From a virus (Duplodnaviria; Caudoviricetes), in the IMG/VR virus record IMGVR_UViG_3300006143_000006, positions 1,512-65,511 of that record: DNA of 64,000 bases. The stretch is one strand, 5' to 3'. The position numbers and the translations under genes are program-made. Of this stretch, positions 49,834 through 60,938 are shown piece by piece. A model generated the notes under the pieces. It was not told the origin of the DNA. It did no database searches and worked only from the letters and a program-made list of their open reading frames with translations. Numbering within the stretch: position 1 is the first letter of the stretch; each line of letters begins with the position of its first letter.

Positions 49834-52595
49834 TCACAATCCTCCGTTTCAGCAATATCTACCATTACTTTAATTTCAGTAGTATTCATACTAAAATGTA
49901 ATCCACAAAATTCAATTTCGCCATTTTCATCTAATGTTGGATATGAAATCATATAATTATTTTTTCTCAATAAGTTTTGAATAAATGTTTCTCCGCAAAC
50001 ATCCCATGCGAATTGTTTACTATATTTTGACTTTGAATAGCATAAGTCTAATACAATATTGCACAATATATCTTCATTGGGACATTGTTCTAAACACTGC
50101 CGCTTAAAATCTTCTCTGAAAATATATTTTTGTATCTGTCGTTCCTCAGATTTAATTCTTTCTGATTTAGCATATTGCATATAATTAGATGTTTCGCGCC
50201 GATACCTATCATAGATCTTCTTTATTTGTGTATATAAATGATTTGAATATTCAGCATTGCTTTTCAAAATGGAATAATCAAATTCATCGGATTCGCAAGA
50301 TTTTAAATGGTCAAAAGTATCTTCAATTTTCCAACATATTTTATTTATAGTACATGGTGCAATTCCAAGTGGCAATCTCTGATAATAACAGTAAATGAAT
50401 TTTTCTTCTTCTGGTGTTTTATTTTCTTTTGCAAATAGCTCATCCAATGTAATTCTAAAACGCATAATACACTTTTCATTATTCTTTTTTATGTATTCAT
50501 TCATTTTAGATTTTTCTGATGGATATATGTATTGCATGAAATATGGTTTTTTATCAGCTATAAGTTTCCTGTTAAACCAATTTTCTTTTTTCTCAGAAGA
50601 AGTTTTCGCTTTACTAATTTTATTTGAAATCCAATTATACCACCTATCAGGCATATCTTTAGATTCAATACCCTTGGTCTTGTCGATAGAATTCTGCTGG
50701 AAAAGCTGTCCACATTTAATACGATAATCTAAAATTCTATATTCACGACTATCTTTTTTGTATCTCGCTTGTACTTCAAACATAGATGTGATTTTATTAG
50801 TGACCTCTCCAACAGCATTTCCAAAACTGTTAATATTTGACTGCATAATATCATCTTCAGTAGGAACACATTTGGGAGCCTTACGCTGCACACATACAAC
50901 AGCAGGTAATTCAACAGTATTATTTACCAGTAAAGGAAAAGACGTATTAATTACACAATCACCATCTTTATCAAAACCATTCATAGCATCTGCACAGGTA
51001 TCCCAACTGTTAAAGATAGTAGGTGTAGTCATATACTTATAAAACTCATCCATTTCCTCATTGTGTACCACATTAAGTAATCTTATATTGTTATGAGAAG
51101 TCATTGGTGCACGGAAACTTACAATCTTATCTATGCCTTTATCAATCCAGTATTTGGAATAAACTTGTCCTGCCTTTAATAGACCCGTTACTTCTAACCC
51201 AAACATTGACTGACAAAGTGAATATGGATCTCCTGATACTAAGGAATAATTAGCAGGAACTTTTAAAACTCCGACTTTTGCATCGTCAATTCGTTTCTTA
51301 ATCATTGTATATAATTGACTTTTTACATATGGATCATCTTTCATCTTTGGTTCAATCATAAGGGCAGTAGCAAATGAACTATCTAAATGTTGAACATTCT
51401 TTTCATTTAACCCAATTCCCTTTGTATATAGAATTGTTTTTCTGTAGTCATCCGAAAGAATGTCTTTTATCTCAGAAACCGTTGGCGCAATTAGTTCGTT
51501 AATCTGTTCATCTGTAAAATCATAACTTTGTAAGAACTGGTAATTCATAGTCCTAACATTTTCAAGTTCTTCTTCAGATGACTTAGTAATTGCAAATGTA
51601 TAATGATTCTTTTCGCAGTTTTCCAGATAATCTTCGATAGAAGAGTAAGAATCCCACAATTTAAGCATAGATTCTGTTAGTACAAGTTCAACCTTATCTA
51701 TATCATAAGTATTTCCCCACACATCTGTAATTGTCTCGATATTATGTTCTCTAGCAAACTTTTGAAAATCAATAGGAAATACAGCACCTTTACAGAATGA
51801 ATTTCTAATTACACATCCAGGTAGCATAAAATCTTCACCGATTTCTTCTCCCCATCGTTCCATTAATGGTGGATATGCTAGTCCATAACCATCACTATCA
51901 TTTAATTCTATATCTTTGTCTTTGATGTACTTCATACTCGGTTGATCCAAACCAGTATCGTCTAATTCAATTACATCGGATTTAAAATGAGTGATACAAT
52001 CATGAACTACTACAATACCATTTGGCATTGAGACAGGAGTGGAAGAGCTACATACCAAAGCGTTATACGCTTCTAATTTTGCTGGTGTAAACTCTTTAGT
52101 TAAATCTCTACCATTATCAATTCGCCTTTTTAATTCTGGTAATAACTTCTCATTTACAAAAACAATAGTATTGTTCTTTACACCACCAGTTGTCCCAAGC
52201 AATCTTCTGTAGGTAATTCCGTTTATTTTAAAACCGTTTTTATAGATTTTCATGTAGTCCTTGTTGTTATCTATAACTACACAGACATAATCTTTCTTGA
52301 ACTGATATTTATCTAATTCATCATATAGTTTCTTGATTTTAGGTCGAGAATAAGCCAAATTCTTTTCAAGTTTCAACTTTTTGATCTGTAATTTAATATC
52401 GGCAATATGTATTTCTGGATTAGTAATACTATTCAGTTCATCTATAAATCTCATCATCTGGCTTTCGCTTAAAGCAATAAGTTCTTTGTTTTCTCTTGCC
52501 TGATTTATAGTCAAAGTTAAATTCCATTTTGCCCTGCGGAGGCGAGAAGTATGTATTTTATATACAAATCTTTGTGATGTTAAGTGTTTACTCAA
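49818..52595 (-). CDS. yonO: YonO-like single-subunit phage RNA polymerase
   Basis: DSDGYG, IRNSFCKG, FRAP, metal-binding GFDKDGD (DxDGD) motif; 925 aa. Confidence 0.88.
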   Translation of the reverse strand: MSKHLTSQRFVYKIHTSRLRRAKWNLTLTINQARENKELIALSESQMMRFIDELNSITNPEIHIADIKLQIKKLKLEKNLAYSRPKIKKLYDELDKYQFKKDYVCVVIDNNKDYMKIYKNGFKINGITYRRLLGTTGGVKNNTIVFVNEKLLPELKRRIDNGRDLTKEFTPAKLEAYNALVCSSSTPVSMPNGIVVVHDCITHFKSDVIELDDTGLDQPSMKYIKDKDIELNDSDGYGLAYPPLMERWGEEIGEDFMLPGCVIRNSFCKGAVFPIDFQKFAREHNIETITDVWGNTYDIDKVELVLTESMLKLWDSYSSIEDYLENCEKNHYTFAITKSSEEELENVRTMNYQFLQSYDFTDEQINELIAPTVSEIKDILSDDYRKTILYTKGIGLNEKNVQHLDSSFATALMIEPKMKDDPYVKSQLYTMIKKRIDDAKVGVLKVPANYSLVSGDPYSLCQSMFGLEVTGLLKAGQVYSKYWIDKGIDKIVSFRAPMTSHNNIRLLNVVHNEEMDEFYKYMTTPTIFNSWDTCADAMNGFDKDGDCVINTSFPLLVNNTVELPAVVCVQRKAPKCVPTEDDIMQSNINSFGNAVGEVTNKITSMFEVQARYKKDSREYRILDYRIKCGQLFQQNSIDKTKGIESKDMPDRWYNWISNKISKAKTSSEKKENWFNRKLIADKKPYFMQYIYPSEKSKMNEYIKKNNEKCIMRFRITLDELFAKENKTPEEEKFIYCYYQRLPLGIAPCTINKICWKIEDTFDHLKSCESDEFDYSILKSNAEYSNHLYTQIKKIYDRYRRETSNYMQYAKSERIKSEERQIQKYIFREDFKRQCLEQCPNEDILCNIVLDLCYSKSKYSKQFAWDVCGETFIQNLLRKNNYMISYPTLDENGEIEFCGLHFSMNTTEIKVMVDIAETEDCECQLY

Positions 52596-53825
52596 TTATC
52601 TCCGTACCTCCAAAAATCTTATTTTTTCATTCTTATATTCTAAGAGCACTTGTTTATTTTCTTTCATCAATTTTGCTAATATATTTTTTAATACATCTAA
52701 ATTTCTTGCGCACTTTTTATACAAGTCATAATTTTCTTTTCTGAATTCATTCACATCAATACGTTTACATTTTTTATCTTTGATATGCCTAATTGTTATT
52801 CCATCACATTCACTACACAAAACTCTTGGTTCTGCAACAATAAAATCGTGATGCTTATTTTTGCCAACTCCAGATCGCGGCGAAAAAGCAATTATCCAAT
52901 TTATACCGTCTCTTAACAAAAATACATTATCTGAAATTTGATTACGTAGTTTTCTGTTTTGAATTTCTAAGTATTTGTTATGTCTTTTCGGAAACTTACA
53001 ACTATTTAAAGATTGAATCTTACTTCTATATTCGACTTTCTTTTTTACCTCGTCTGGTTTACCTAATTTAAAATTATATATTTCTCCATCAAAAGTGAAT
53101 TGATCTATTGGTAAACCATAAAAATCATCAAATCCACTATGATATTTCTTGCAATCTAGTTTGACTTTTTGTACATAAAATCCATACGAATTAAGTATCA
53201 TCTTTTTATCTCTATAAGAATAATAAGAACAAGCATAATCACAGATATACTTTCTTCTCATATTTGCTTTCAGATATTTTTCAGTTCCTAGAATCCATAT
53301 ATCGGTTATACCAACAGCTTTATATAATTCGTGGCGTTCAACATACTCAGACGTGATTGGAGAGCATTGGTATTCAATCACGCACTTCTTTCCTTTATAC
53401 TCAAACATAATATCTGGTCGTTGTTTGGTTTCTGGTATCCATCCCTCTAATACAGCATTAGTAACGCCGTTTTGTTTTTTAATCCACTCAAATAAATCAC
53501 GCTTACCATTCAGATGTTCTTCTGTCTCTGATTCAGAATATTTATCTTCACATTCGTTTTTATCCATATGCCTAAAATACGGAGTTTTTACTTCTCCATG
53601 ACAATATTCATATGGTTTACCACAAACAGGGCATAATAAGATCTTCTTAGATGCCCATTTCTTTAATTGCTCCTTATTGTGTGTTCCATCATAACAGTTG
53701 ATGATTTCGTTTCCTAATTTACAAGTTAAAATAAGTGTGTCCTCCTTTATATTTTTTGTTATATTTGTTATTTCTATATTTACACCAATGAAATTTCTAT
53801 TTCCTGTCCTTCGGTATATAAACAT
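52596..53825 (-). CDS. CoiA-like PD-(D/E)xK nuclease
   Basis: CPVCG..YFRH, QRPDIM..VIEYQCS; true start probably ~53732 (ATT after AAGGAGG). Confidence 0.75.
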   Translation of the reverse strand: MFIYRRTGNRNFIGVNIEITNITKNIKEDTLILTCKLGNEIINCYDGTHNKEQLKKWASKKILLCPVCGKPYEYCHGEVKTPYFRHMDKNECEDKYSESETEEHLNGKRDLFEWIKKQNGVTNAVLEGWIPETKQRPDIMFEYKGKKCVIEYQCSPITSEYVERHELYKAVGITDIWILGTEKYLKANMRRKYICDYACSYYSYRDKKMILNSYGFYVQKVKLDCKKYHSGFDDFYGLPIDQFTFDGEIYNFKLGKPDEVKKKVEYRSKIQSLNSCKFPKRHNKYLEIQNRKLRNQISDNVFLLRDGINWIIAFSPRSGVGKNKHHDFIVAEPRVLCSECDGITIRHIKDKKCKRIDVNEFRKENYDLYKKCARNLDVLKNILAKLMKENKQVLLEYKNEKIRFLEVRR

Positions 53826-53897
53826 CGAAAAGTAAGAATACTGTAATTACTATTGCACTACAAATAATTATTCCCGTCATTATCTATGTACTCCGTT

Positions 53898-54179
53898 TTA
53901 ATCAATAAAATATACAGGTACTTTACCAATCCCTTTTAAATATGCAATTTTTACACTACTAAAACCATCGATCAAATTAAAGTTTTTATCTAATATAATT
54001 TTTGATTCCAAGTTCCCAGTGTGTAAATAGTATTTCAGTTTATGTTTCCATTTCTTTTCTCCAATTTTATTCTTTTTATATTGCCCAGGAACTTTAATGT
54101 CTTGTACATTTACCCAATATTCATATCCCGGTTCATATTTACCCAATATTTTCTTTATAAATCTAATAATTGTCTTCAT
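53898..54179 (-). CDS. Small ParB-like hypothetical protein
   Basis: LIDGFSSV motif; probable ATG at 54179. Confidence 0.5.
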   Translation of the reverse strand: MKTIIRFIKKILGKYEPGYEYWVNVQDIKVPGQYKKNKIGEKKWKHKLKYYLHTGNLESKIILDKNFNLIDGFSSVKIAYLKGIGKVPVYFID

Positions 54180-54411
54180 ATGTGTCCTCCATCGTTTTAA
54201 TTTCATAACCCAACCATTCTAATAAATCTCTCATCCCACAAAAACAGTCAAAATGTCTATGTTCGTCATCGTCATTAGTAATATATTCTTCACCTTCATA
54301 AATACCTTCACCACAAGTAGAACAATAGTAGATAGCTTTTTTGTAGGAGAATAAGGGGCAACGTGGCAAATGCCCATTGACTCTTCCACACAATTCACAT
54401 TCATATCCCAT
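54163..54411 (-). CDS. Small Cys-rich phage protein
   Basis: CELCG, CSTCG motifs; probable ATG at 54411. Confidence 0.55.
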   Translation of the reverse strand: MGYECELCGRVNGHLPRCPLFSYKKAIYYCSTCGEGIYEGEEYITNDDDEHRHFDCFCGMRDLLEWLGYEIKTMEDTYEDNY

Positions 54412-54412
54412 T

Positions 54413-54850
54413 TTAAGCAACCCTTCCTTCTGTATATGCGATACGTTCATGCATATATCCATAATTTGTTGTATAGTATATATTTCTAATTCCTAAGTCA
54501 CGAATAGCAGCCATACAGGATGGGCAAGGTCTGGATAATCCAAATGGTTGATCTTTACGTATCCTATATGTATATATCTTCACTTTATGAAATTTTATAT
54601 CAAGATGCTTTATGGAATTGATACAATTAATTTCTGCATGAAGTTTTGGAAGTAGCTCTACTTTATTTGATTTGCAACGAAATTTATTATAATATTTCTG
54701 AGAAGGATGTGTTTTATTACAATTACATCCAATCCCAATAATACTTCCTTGATAAACTGCTACACACCCAACATGAATATTAGCATAGTCTGAAACCATA
54801 GCAATTTGACGAGCTTTTGTAAAATATTTATAATCACTCTTTCTTATCAT
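54413..54850 (-). CDS. Zn-dependent cytidine/dCMP deaminase-fold protein
   Basis: HAEINC and RPCPSC motifs. Confidence 0.85.
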   Translation of the reverse strand: MIRKSDYKYFTKARQIAMVSDYANIHVGCVAVYQGSIIGIGCNCNKTHPSQKYYNKFRCKSNKVELLPKLHAEINCINSIKHLDIKFHKVKIYTYRIRKDQPFGLSRPCPSCMAAIRDLGIRNIYYTTNYGYMHERIAYTEGRVA

Positions 54851-55205
54851 TTGTTCTACTCAATCTTTCTTTCTCCAAAATATCATTTCCTATGTCAAAG
54901 CATTTGCATTCATATTCAAATTGTTTAATATGTTCATCAAAAAAATTTGAAGTTGCTGCAAAATCAATGAGTTTTTTAATATGTATTTCAATATTTTCTT
55001 TTGTTCCAGAAAGATATTGGGTGTCAATTTCATTAAATTCAATTTTAATACGATTATTGAAGTACTTAGGTTTCAATCCCATACGGAGTAAATATTTTCC
55101 TTTTTCTTTGTCATATTGATATGTACACTCAACAGAATAATCATCATATCCATATTTACTTAAATCCGCTTCAACTACAAATCCTTTTCTTTTTAATTGG
55201 TTCAT
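54834..55205 (-). CDS. Hypothetical protein
   Basis: Coupled ORF in operon. Confidence 0.55.
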   Translation of the reverse strand: MNQLKRKGFVVEADLSKYGYDDYSVECTYQYDKEKGKYLLRMGLKPKYFNNRIKIEFNEIDTQYLSGTKENIEIHIKKLIDFAATSNFFDEHIKQFEYECKCFDIGNDILEKERLSRTNDKKE

Positions 55206-55206
55206 T

Positions 55207-55425
55207 TTACTGGTCTCCTTTTCTCATTTTTAATTCTATATTCCTTCTGCACAAATTATCGAAATTTCTATCTGATATAATTCGAGAGGCAATCAGTGAG
55301 CCTTTTGTATTAAGAGCTTTTCTAATACTTGTATTATAATCTGAAGCACAAATAATTCCTCCAAAAGTAGTATGATCCACTTTATGACTTCCTGTTCTGT
55401 AATAAGTTTCTGGCATTTGTTGCAT
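55207..55425 (-). CDS. Small hypothetical protein
   Basis: AGGAG RBS. Confidence 0.5.
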   Translation of the reverse strand: MQQMPETYYRTGSHKVDHTTFGGIICASDYNTSIRKALNTKGSLIASRIISDRNFDNLCRRNIELKMRKGDQ

Positions 55426-55546
55426 TTGTTATCGTTTCTTCTCCTTTTCTTTGTAATAGTTTTCTTAATGATGTTTTAACAATCATAATATAATATCTCC
55501 TTTGAATATAGGATAGTTAGTGATGTGATTATACTATATATAATTT

Positions 55547-56353
55547 CTACATTTTCTTTTGTGATTCTTTTAAAATATCTAACTGTTTCTGAATTTCTGC
55601 TTTGTAATCATAATTAGAATTTAATATCTGATTTCCTTTCTCATCTTTTACAAAATGTCTATAATCAGCAAATACCTTTGGAGTAGTAAGAAATCCGTAT
55701 TTATCATCTTGTTTCTTATATCTAATCCGCTTTCCTTCTTGAAACTTTATAATATTCATTACATTTAACATTTCTACAATCCGTGATATATAACGTTCTG
55801 ATAATCCGATATCCTCTGTGATCTTTTGATATAGCCGGTAGCAGCATAATGGCTTGTCTGGATTACGATTCATATTTACACGAATATAGGAGAGGAGCAG
55901 TAGGATATAAGCTGATGACATTCTGGTTACATCAATTTCTTCTCCATTTACTTTGATATCTTTTAGTTCTTCCTTGAAATTCAGTATCTTTCCTAATTCG
56001 TCAAAGTAGATAATTCCAAAATTATCAGGTATATCAAATTTCTCCGTTTTGATTTTTATATTGTAATAATCTGTTGAATTTTTCTTTTCTTTTGCCAGTT
56101 TTTCAAAATTAGGATAAGATTTAAAATATCCATAGTGAGAGAGTAGTTCTAACATTTCCAGATATTTGTGATTTATTTTTCCATCGTGATAATTAGGTTT
56201 TAAGTGTGACCAGTGGCACAGTTCCGAAATACTGAATGCCACTGTATCATCTAAGGTTCTACGAGAACACAGGTAAGAAAATATGATTACTCGCTTATCA
56301 CCAAGTTCTTTGTTGTAGATTATTTCTCGTGGTATCTTTACATAATTAGGCAA
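55547..56353 (-). CDS. Winged-helix-type DNA-binding protein
   Basis: YVKIPREII start; ITEDIGLSERYISRIV HTH. Confidence 0.6.
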   Translation of the reverse strand: MPNYVKIPREIIYNKELGDKRVIIFSYLCSRRTLDDTVAFSISELCHWSHLKPNYHDGKINHKYLEMLELLSHYGYFKSYPNFEKLAKEKKNSTDYYNIKIKTEKFDIPDNFGIIYFDELGKILNFKEELKDIKVNGEEIDVTRMSSAYILLLLSYIRVNMNRNPDKPLCCYRLYQKITEDIGLSERYISRIVEMLNVMNIIKFQEGKRIRYKKQDDKYGFLTTPKVFADYRHFVKDEKGNQILNSNYDYKAEIQKQLDILKESQKKM

Positions 56354-56369
56354 GTTATCACCTGCCTAA

Positions 56370-56975
56370 TTACAGAAATGCCACATTTTTACCATTATTG
56401 GTATAAGATAAAAAGTCTGTTAAAGCTCGACAACGTTCTTTTGCTAAATTACCATTATCTCTTTTTTCAATTAATTCATTTAAACAACGCTTAAAATATG
56501 TATATTGTGGTTTCCAATTATCTCTAATTTCTTTTGCTTGAGAGTATTGACTGGTAGGATTTTCATAATCTTCCATAGAAACATCATCCCAATTACCAAG
56601 TTCTAACTGAAATTCAATATCCGCATAAATTCCTTTAAAAAAATACGGTGAAAATAAAATGTAATCGGCAGTAGTTTTGTCACCGAGTAAAAATTTAACT
56701 CGTGCTGATGCTTTTTTTGAAAACTTATTTCTTCGCTTATGATGTGTTGGCGCACATAATACATTTGTTTGTTCCTTTAACAAATTAATATCTGTTCTAT
56801 TTGTATTAGTATCATCTTCTAATTCTTTTTGTTTTTCTTTAATTTTTTTTGTTTCGTTTTCATTATCTTCTATACGTCTTTTTAATTGCTCATATTTTTT
56901 TTCTGCAATTTTTTGCTCAGCCAATTCCATTTCTTCAGGTGACATATTATTTAAATCAATCATATAATTATCCAT
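56370..56975 (-). CDS. Coiled-coil hypothetical protein
   Basis: AGGAG RBS. Confidence 0.55.
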   Translation of the reverse strand: MDNYMIDLNNMSPEEMELAEQKIAEKKYEQLKRRIEDNENETKKIKEKQKELEDDTNTNRTDINLLKEQTNVLCAPTHHKRRNKFSKKASARVKFLLGDKTTADYILFSPYFFKGIYADIEFQLELGNWDDVSMEDYENPTSQYSQAKEIRDNWKPQYTYFKRCLNELIEKRDNGNLAKERCRALTDFLSYTNNGKNVAFL

Positions 56976-56996
56976 TATAAAAAATCTCCTTTTCTT

Positions 56997-58046
56997 TTAT
57001 TGTTCACATACAACATTGTCGTATCTGTTTGTTAATAGTTTCTTCATCTCATAAGACCAGTCATCAAGTTTTTTAATTATTTCTTCTAAGTTACCAACAC
57101 ATACATCACTGGAATCTAAAACTTCCATACAACGCTTGAATTTAATAGGTGCAAGCTCATCCTCTAATAGTTTCTGCAATCTTACAGTTAAACCAGCCAA
57201 TTCAGTAGCAGAATCTATCTGTCTCCCTAAATCTGATTTCTGTTTTGTGAGAAACTCGATTTCAGATTTCAACTTGTTGTACTTATCTGATTCTTCTTGA
57301 TTCAGTTTAACTTTTCTCTCCAATAAACTTTTTTCTGATTTTAAATCAGAAATTTGTCTTTCTAATTCTTTAACTTTTGGATTATCAGATTCAAGCTGTT
57401 TGATCTTGTCAATATACTGTTGTACTTCTCTTTTTGTAATCTTTTGTGTAATATCCATAGATTTAACAAAATCTTCTTGCTCGCTAGGCGACATATACTT
57501 AATAAGTGCAATAGCAGTAGTAGGTGCAAGAATACCTGTTTCGACCCAATCCTGTAACTCTGGAACTAATTCTGTTAATTTCTTATAATTTTGAAGAGTA
57601 TCTACAGAAATACCAATCATTTCTGCGATGTCTGATTGATATAAGACATCCCCACCCGAAAGTTTCGGCTCGGATTGACCAGCACTGCCATCTCTAACTC
57701 CATAAATTCGTTCCAGCTCCTTAATACATCTACCTAATTTAATGGGATTAGGGTTCCCAATACCTCTTTGACGAATATTTGTTTCAATGAGATCCTTTAA
57801 AACTTTGTCTTCTTTGTCATACTTACGAATATCAACCATGATAGTTTCAATTCCAAGTTCTTTAGCAGCTCTTACCCGTTGATGTCCTGATACAATAACC
57901 ATATTTTGTGTTACTACAATAGGTTCAATAATTCCTGATGATTCGATAGATTCTAAAAATGCTTTCCAAGAATCACCTGTAATATCATCAAAAAATTCAT
58001 TGTTACGTGGATGTGATCTCAATTCATTAATGTTAATCTGTTGCAT
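56997..58046 (-). CDS. ParB N-terminal domain protein with HTH and coiled coil
   Basis: HPRN..FF, GIIEPIVV, VSGHQRVRA, ETNIRQR. Confidence 0.85.
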   Translation of the reverse strand: MQQININELRSHPRNNEFFDDITGDSWKAFLESIESSGIIEPIVVTQNMVIVSGHQRVRAAKELGIETIMVDIRKYDKEDKVLKDLIETNIRQRGIGNPNPIKLGRCIKELERIYGVRDGSAGQSEPKLSGGDVLYQSDIAEMIGISVDTLQNYKKLTELVPELQDWVETGILAPTTAIALIKYMSPSEQEDFVKSMDITQKITKREVQQYIDKIKQLESDNPKVKELERQISDLKSEKSLLERKVKLNQEESDKYNKLKSEIEFLTKQKSDLGRQIDSATELAGLTVRLQKLLEDELAPIKFKRCMEVLDSSDVCVGNLEEIIKKLDDWSYEMKKLLTNRYDNVVCEQ

Positions 58047-58148
58047 TTGTAAAAATTCCTTTCCTTAATTAAAATTGATTTATAGTTACATAGAACAAGT
58101 TTTGTTCTAACTTGTATTTCTACATTTCAAATATAAAATCACCTCGAA

Positions 58149-58922
58149 TTATGCAAGAGGAATTATTGGTCTATAAGCATGTCCCTTGGCTTTTTCAAAC
58201 ACTATGTGTCCATTAGAGGTGGATTCTTTGCTATAAGAAATAAATTCTGGAGAATTCTTTGAGTCAAATACTTTCTTTTCAATAGAATTAATATATTTTC
58301 TTGAAATTGATGTATCAGGTAAGTCAAAAGGGAGAACATCTTTTGTATTCGATTCGCTATTAAATTTTGGCTTTAATTTAGATATATAATATATTTCAAA
58401 AATATTTGCTTCTGCTTTTGTATTAAATTCTATCAACTTAATTTTACTGAAATCGCCTAAAACTCTTTGAACTGCTGAAACACAAGCCCTTGTTAATAAA
58501 TCACTTGTACTTTTACCTATATACACAAGTATTCCATCATTATCGTATATAAAGTAGCACCCAATATTTGTTGACATGATAGGTCTTGTATAGGTGCAAA
58601 TCATATCTTTATCTACATTTGATATAGCAAATGCTTTTAAACCAAACTTATATACAATATCCTGATTAAATTTATTAATATCATTTATAGACAAACCAAT
58701 TTCTGAAATACGTTTTAGCTCATTAATATCATTATTAGCAAATAGTTTTATCCACTCTGAAAAATTAAAATTGTATGATACTTTATCGTTATGCAAATTA
58801 AGATAGTTGTATATATGTTCAAGCCCAGAATAATTATCAAAATTTATATCATGATTATTATTCTTGGCAACAACTGATAAATAACGTTTTAACCCATAAA
58901 AATTTTTAAATTTGTTCCTCAA
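58149..58922 (-). CDS. GIY-YIG-like nuclease domain protein
   Basis: GCYFIY...VYIGKS...FEIYYISKLKPKFN. Confidence 0.65.
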   Translation of the reverse strand: MRNKFKNFYGLKRYLSVVAKNNNHDINFDNYSGLEHIYNYLNLHNDKVSYNFNFSEWIKLFANNDINELKRISEIGLSINDINKFNQDIVYKFGLKAFAISNVDKDMICTYTRPIMSTNIGCYFIYDNDGILVYIGKSTSDLLTRACVSAVQRVLGDFSKIKLIEFNTKAEANIFEIYYISKLKPKFNSESNTKDVLPFDLPDTSISRKYINSIEKKVFDSKNSPEFISYSKESTSNGHIVFEKAKGHAYRPIIPLA

Positions 58923-58925
58923 TAA

Positions 58926-59801
58926 CTATTTTTCCTTTCTTTCATATCTGTAATTTCCGCTTTTAGATGGATAAAATTCGTCCACTTTATATAATTCCAA
59001 CATTTTACTTAAAGCCCATTCTATTTCCTGCTTATATCCCTCCTTATTCAATACATAAATGTTTGGTACATTTTGTGGTGGTTTGGTTTTATCTGGTTGT
59101 ACACTACCTACTTCTCTTTTTATTAAAAGGGCAGGTATGTCATCAGATGATTTGGTTAAATATTCTATACATTGGTTAATAGTGTCTTTTGACATAGACA
59201 ATTCTTCAGCCATATGTTTAATACTTCTATAAAATGCTTCTGGATTATCTTTTGCATTCTCATATTCAGAACCATCATTTTGTCTTGGGCGACACCCTAT
59301 GTAAGAGTTAATGTATAAAAAAGCCACAAGTATATTTTCTCTATTTAAAGAACTATCGGCCATCATAATTGTGTCAAACTGAGAAGATGTAAGTTTTGCA
59401 AATTTTTCTGTTGAATCAAAATTTTTTGGAATAATTTTTATCTCAATTCCAGTATCATAAGATAAAGAATCTAAATCTTGCTTTACTTCAATCATCTGGT
59501 TATTTATCATATATTCCAACACATCTAATATTTCTTTAAATGCTTTTGGTTTATTTCTGTGTGTTTTATATCCATAAAAATCTAAGACTTTACGGATGGT
59601 AATCCAACTGTAATCTTCATATGAGCGATATTTGTCAATGAGGATATAAGTGATATAAAATTTTCTGCTTATTCCGAATTTTGTTTTGATATTTCCTTGA
59701 ATATATTCATTAGGAAATCTTGTAAAATATTCTTTCTTTGTTTTGTTATTGATAATGCATTCTCCTTTCTGCGAGAGTTCAGTAAACGTGAAAAAATGCA
59801 C
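58926..59801 (-). CDS. Winged-helix-type DNA-binding protein, distant paralogue of 55547-56353
   Basis: YFTRFPNE start; MAEELSMSKDTINQCI HTH. Confidence 0.6.
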   Translation of the reverse strand: MHFFTFTELSQKGECIINNKTKKEYFTRFPNEYIQGNIKTKFGISRKFYITYILIDKYRSYEDYSWITIRKVLDFYGYKTHRNKPKAFKEILDVLEYMINNQMIEVKQDLDSLSYDTGIEIKIIPKNFDSTEKFAKLTSSQFDTIMMADSSLNRENILVAFLYINSYIGCRPRQNDGSEYENAKDNPEAFYRSIKHMAEELSMSKDTINQCIEYLTKSSDDIPALLIKREVGSVQPDKTKPPQNVPNIYVLNKEGYKQEIEWALSKMLELYKVDEFYPSKSGNYRYERKEK

Positions 59802-60086
59802 ATAATTTTTTTTGAAGTCTTATTTTCCATGTGCAAAAATACACATAAACTGAACAGAATTAAAATATAATCTTATTAATAAAGACAGACATATTCATGA
59901 TTGTTTGCTAACGCAAAAATCACTCTCTTAAAACTTTTTGATTGTTGTTGGTTAATGATTGATTTTTTTATTATTAATTATTGATGATATAGTAGTAGTG
60001 GTTATTTATGTATTCTCTTTTCTCGGATGTAAAATTCCTTGTATGTATATAGGTTGTATTCTACATGTAAGTTTTCTTCCGTATGG

Positions 60087-60938
60087 TTATTTCTTATTTC
60101 TCACAGGTTCTCTATCAAATAATGTTTCTCTTTTGAAGTTCTTTATTTCTTCTTCAGTCTTGAGTCCATATTTGATTAGACTATTATCAATTAGCAAAGT
60201 TAGAGCGTCTCTAAGTTTAGTATCATGTTCAATAGCATCCATTGGATAACACTCATCTTTTAATAAATGGTTTTCATAACAGTAATCTTCATGAATCTGG
60301 TTGATATCCACGTCATATGTATCTTCCAGTTCCTTATAGATAGAAGAGTACAGTTCTTTTCTGTCACAATCGAAATATTCCATAAGCATTTTGTATTTAG
60401 GTGCGATTTTCTTGTACCAAGCTGACGGATATTTGTTTTCTAATAAATAGCGATTTCTTTGTGACTGTTTCAGGTCTTGAATGTCTTGTTGCATTGCTGC
60501 CATATTGGTAATCAGTGTAGTTATTGCCTGAGACATTGAGGTTATTGATTCTGTTACAGGATCCATATTTATCTGTGGAGTAGTAGTTAATTCATGATTT
60601 CTATATCTTTCAACAATATCCCATACCCAGTCCATAAATTGATTGGCTTTGGATTTGTTGCTCCAACGACATATCTCCATAACACCTCTTTCTGTATAGA
60701 GCATTGTTTCATATTCTTTCCCGTCAGTACTTAACAGTTTGGTAACTACTGATAATGGATCGAGTCTATCTTGATGTCTTTTGTGAATCATACTCATAGA
60801 AGAGTTTGGATTCTTATATTCAAGTGCTAATCCAATCTGTTCTCGTGTAAGTAAAATGTCATCGTTCATATTGCGATAAAAGTTACAAGATAGGTCTCCG
60901 AAAGTTTCGGATGTGATAAGTTTTAAGTTATTTGCCAT
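60087..60938 (-). CDS. Bro-N (BRO family) antirepressor-like protein
   Basis: LTREQIGLALEY...LYTERGVMEICRWS.K.KANQF..W. Confidence 0.85.
   Translation of the reverse strand: MANNLKLITSETFGDLSCNFYRNMNDDILLTREQIGLALEYKNPNSSMSMIHKRHQDRLDPLSVVTKLLSTDGKEYETMLYTERGVMEICRWSNKSKANQFMDWVWDIVERYRNHELTTTPQINMDPVTESITSMSQAITTLITNMAAMQQDIQDLKQSQRNRYLLENKYPSAWYKKIAPKYKMLMEYFDCDRKELYSSIYKELEDTYDVDINQIHEDYCYENHLLKDECYPMDAIEHDTKLRDALTLLIDNSLIKYGLKTEEEIKNFKRETLFDREPVRNKK

Noticed and set aside
60056-60069. Partial match to the putative TnpB guide (TATTCTACATG)
   Set aside because: Only about 11 bp, the omega-RNA boundary is uncertain, and no clear TAM is present.
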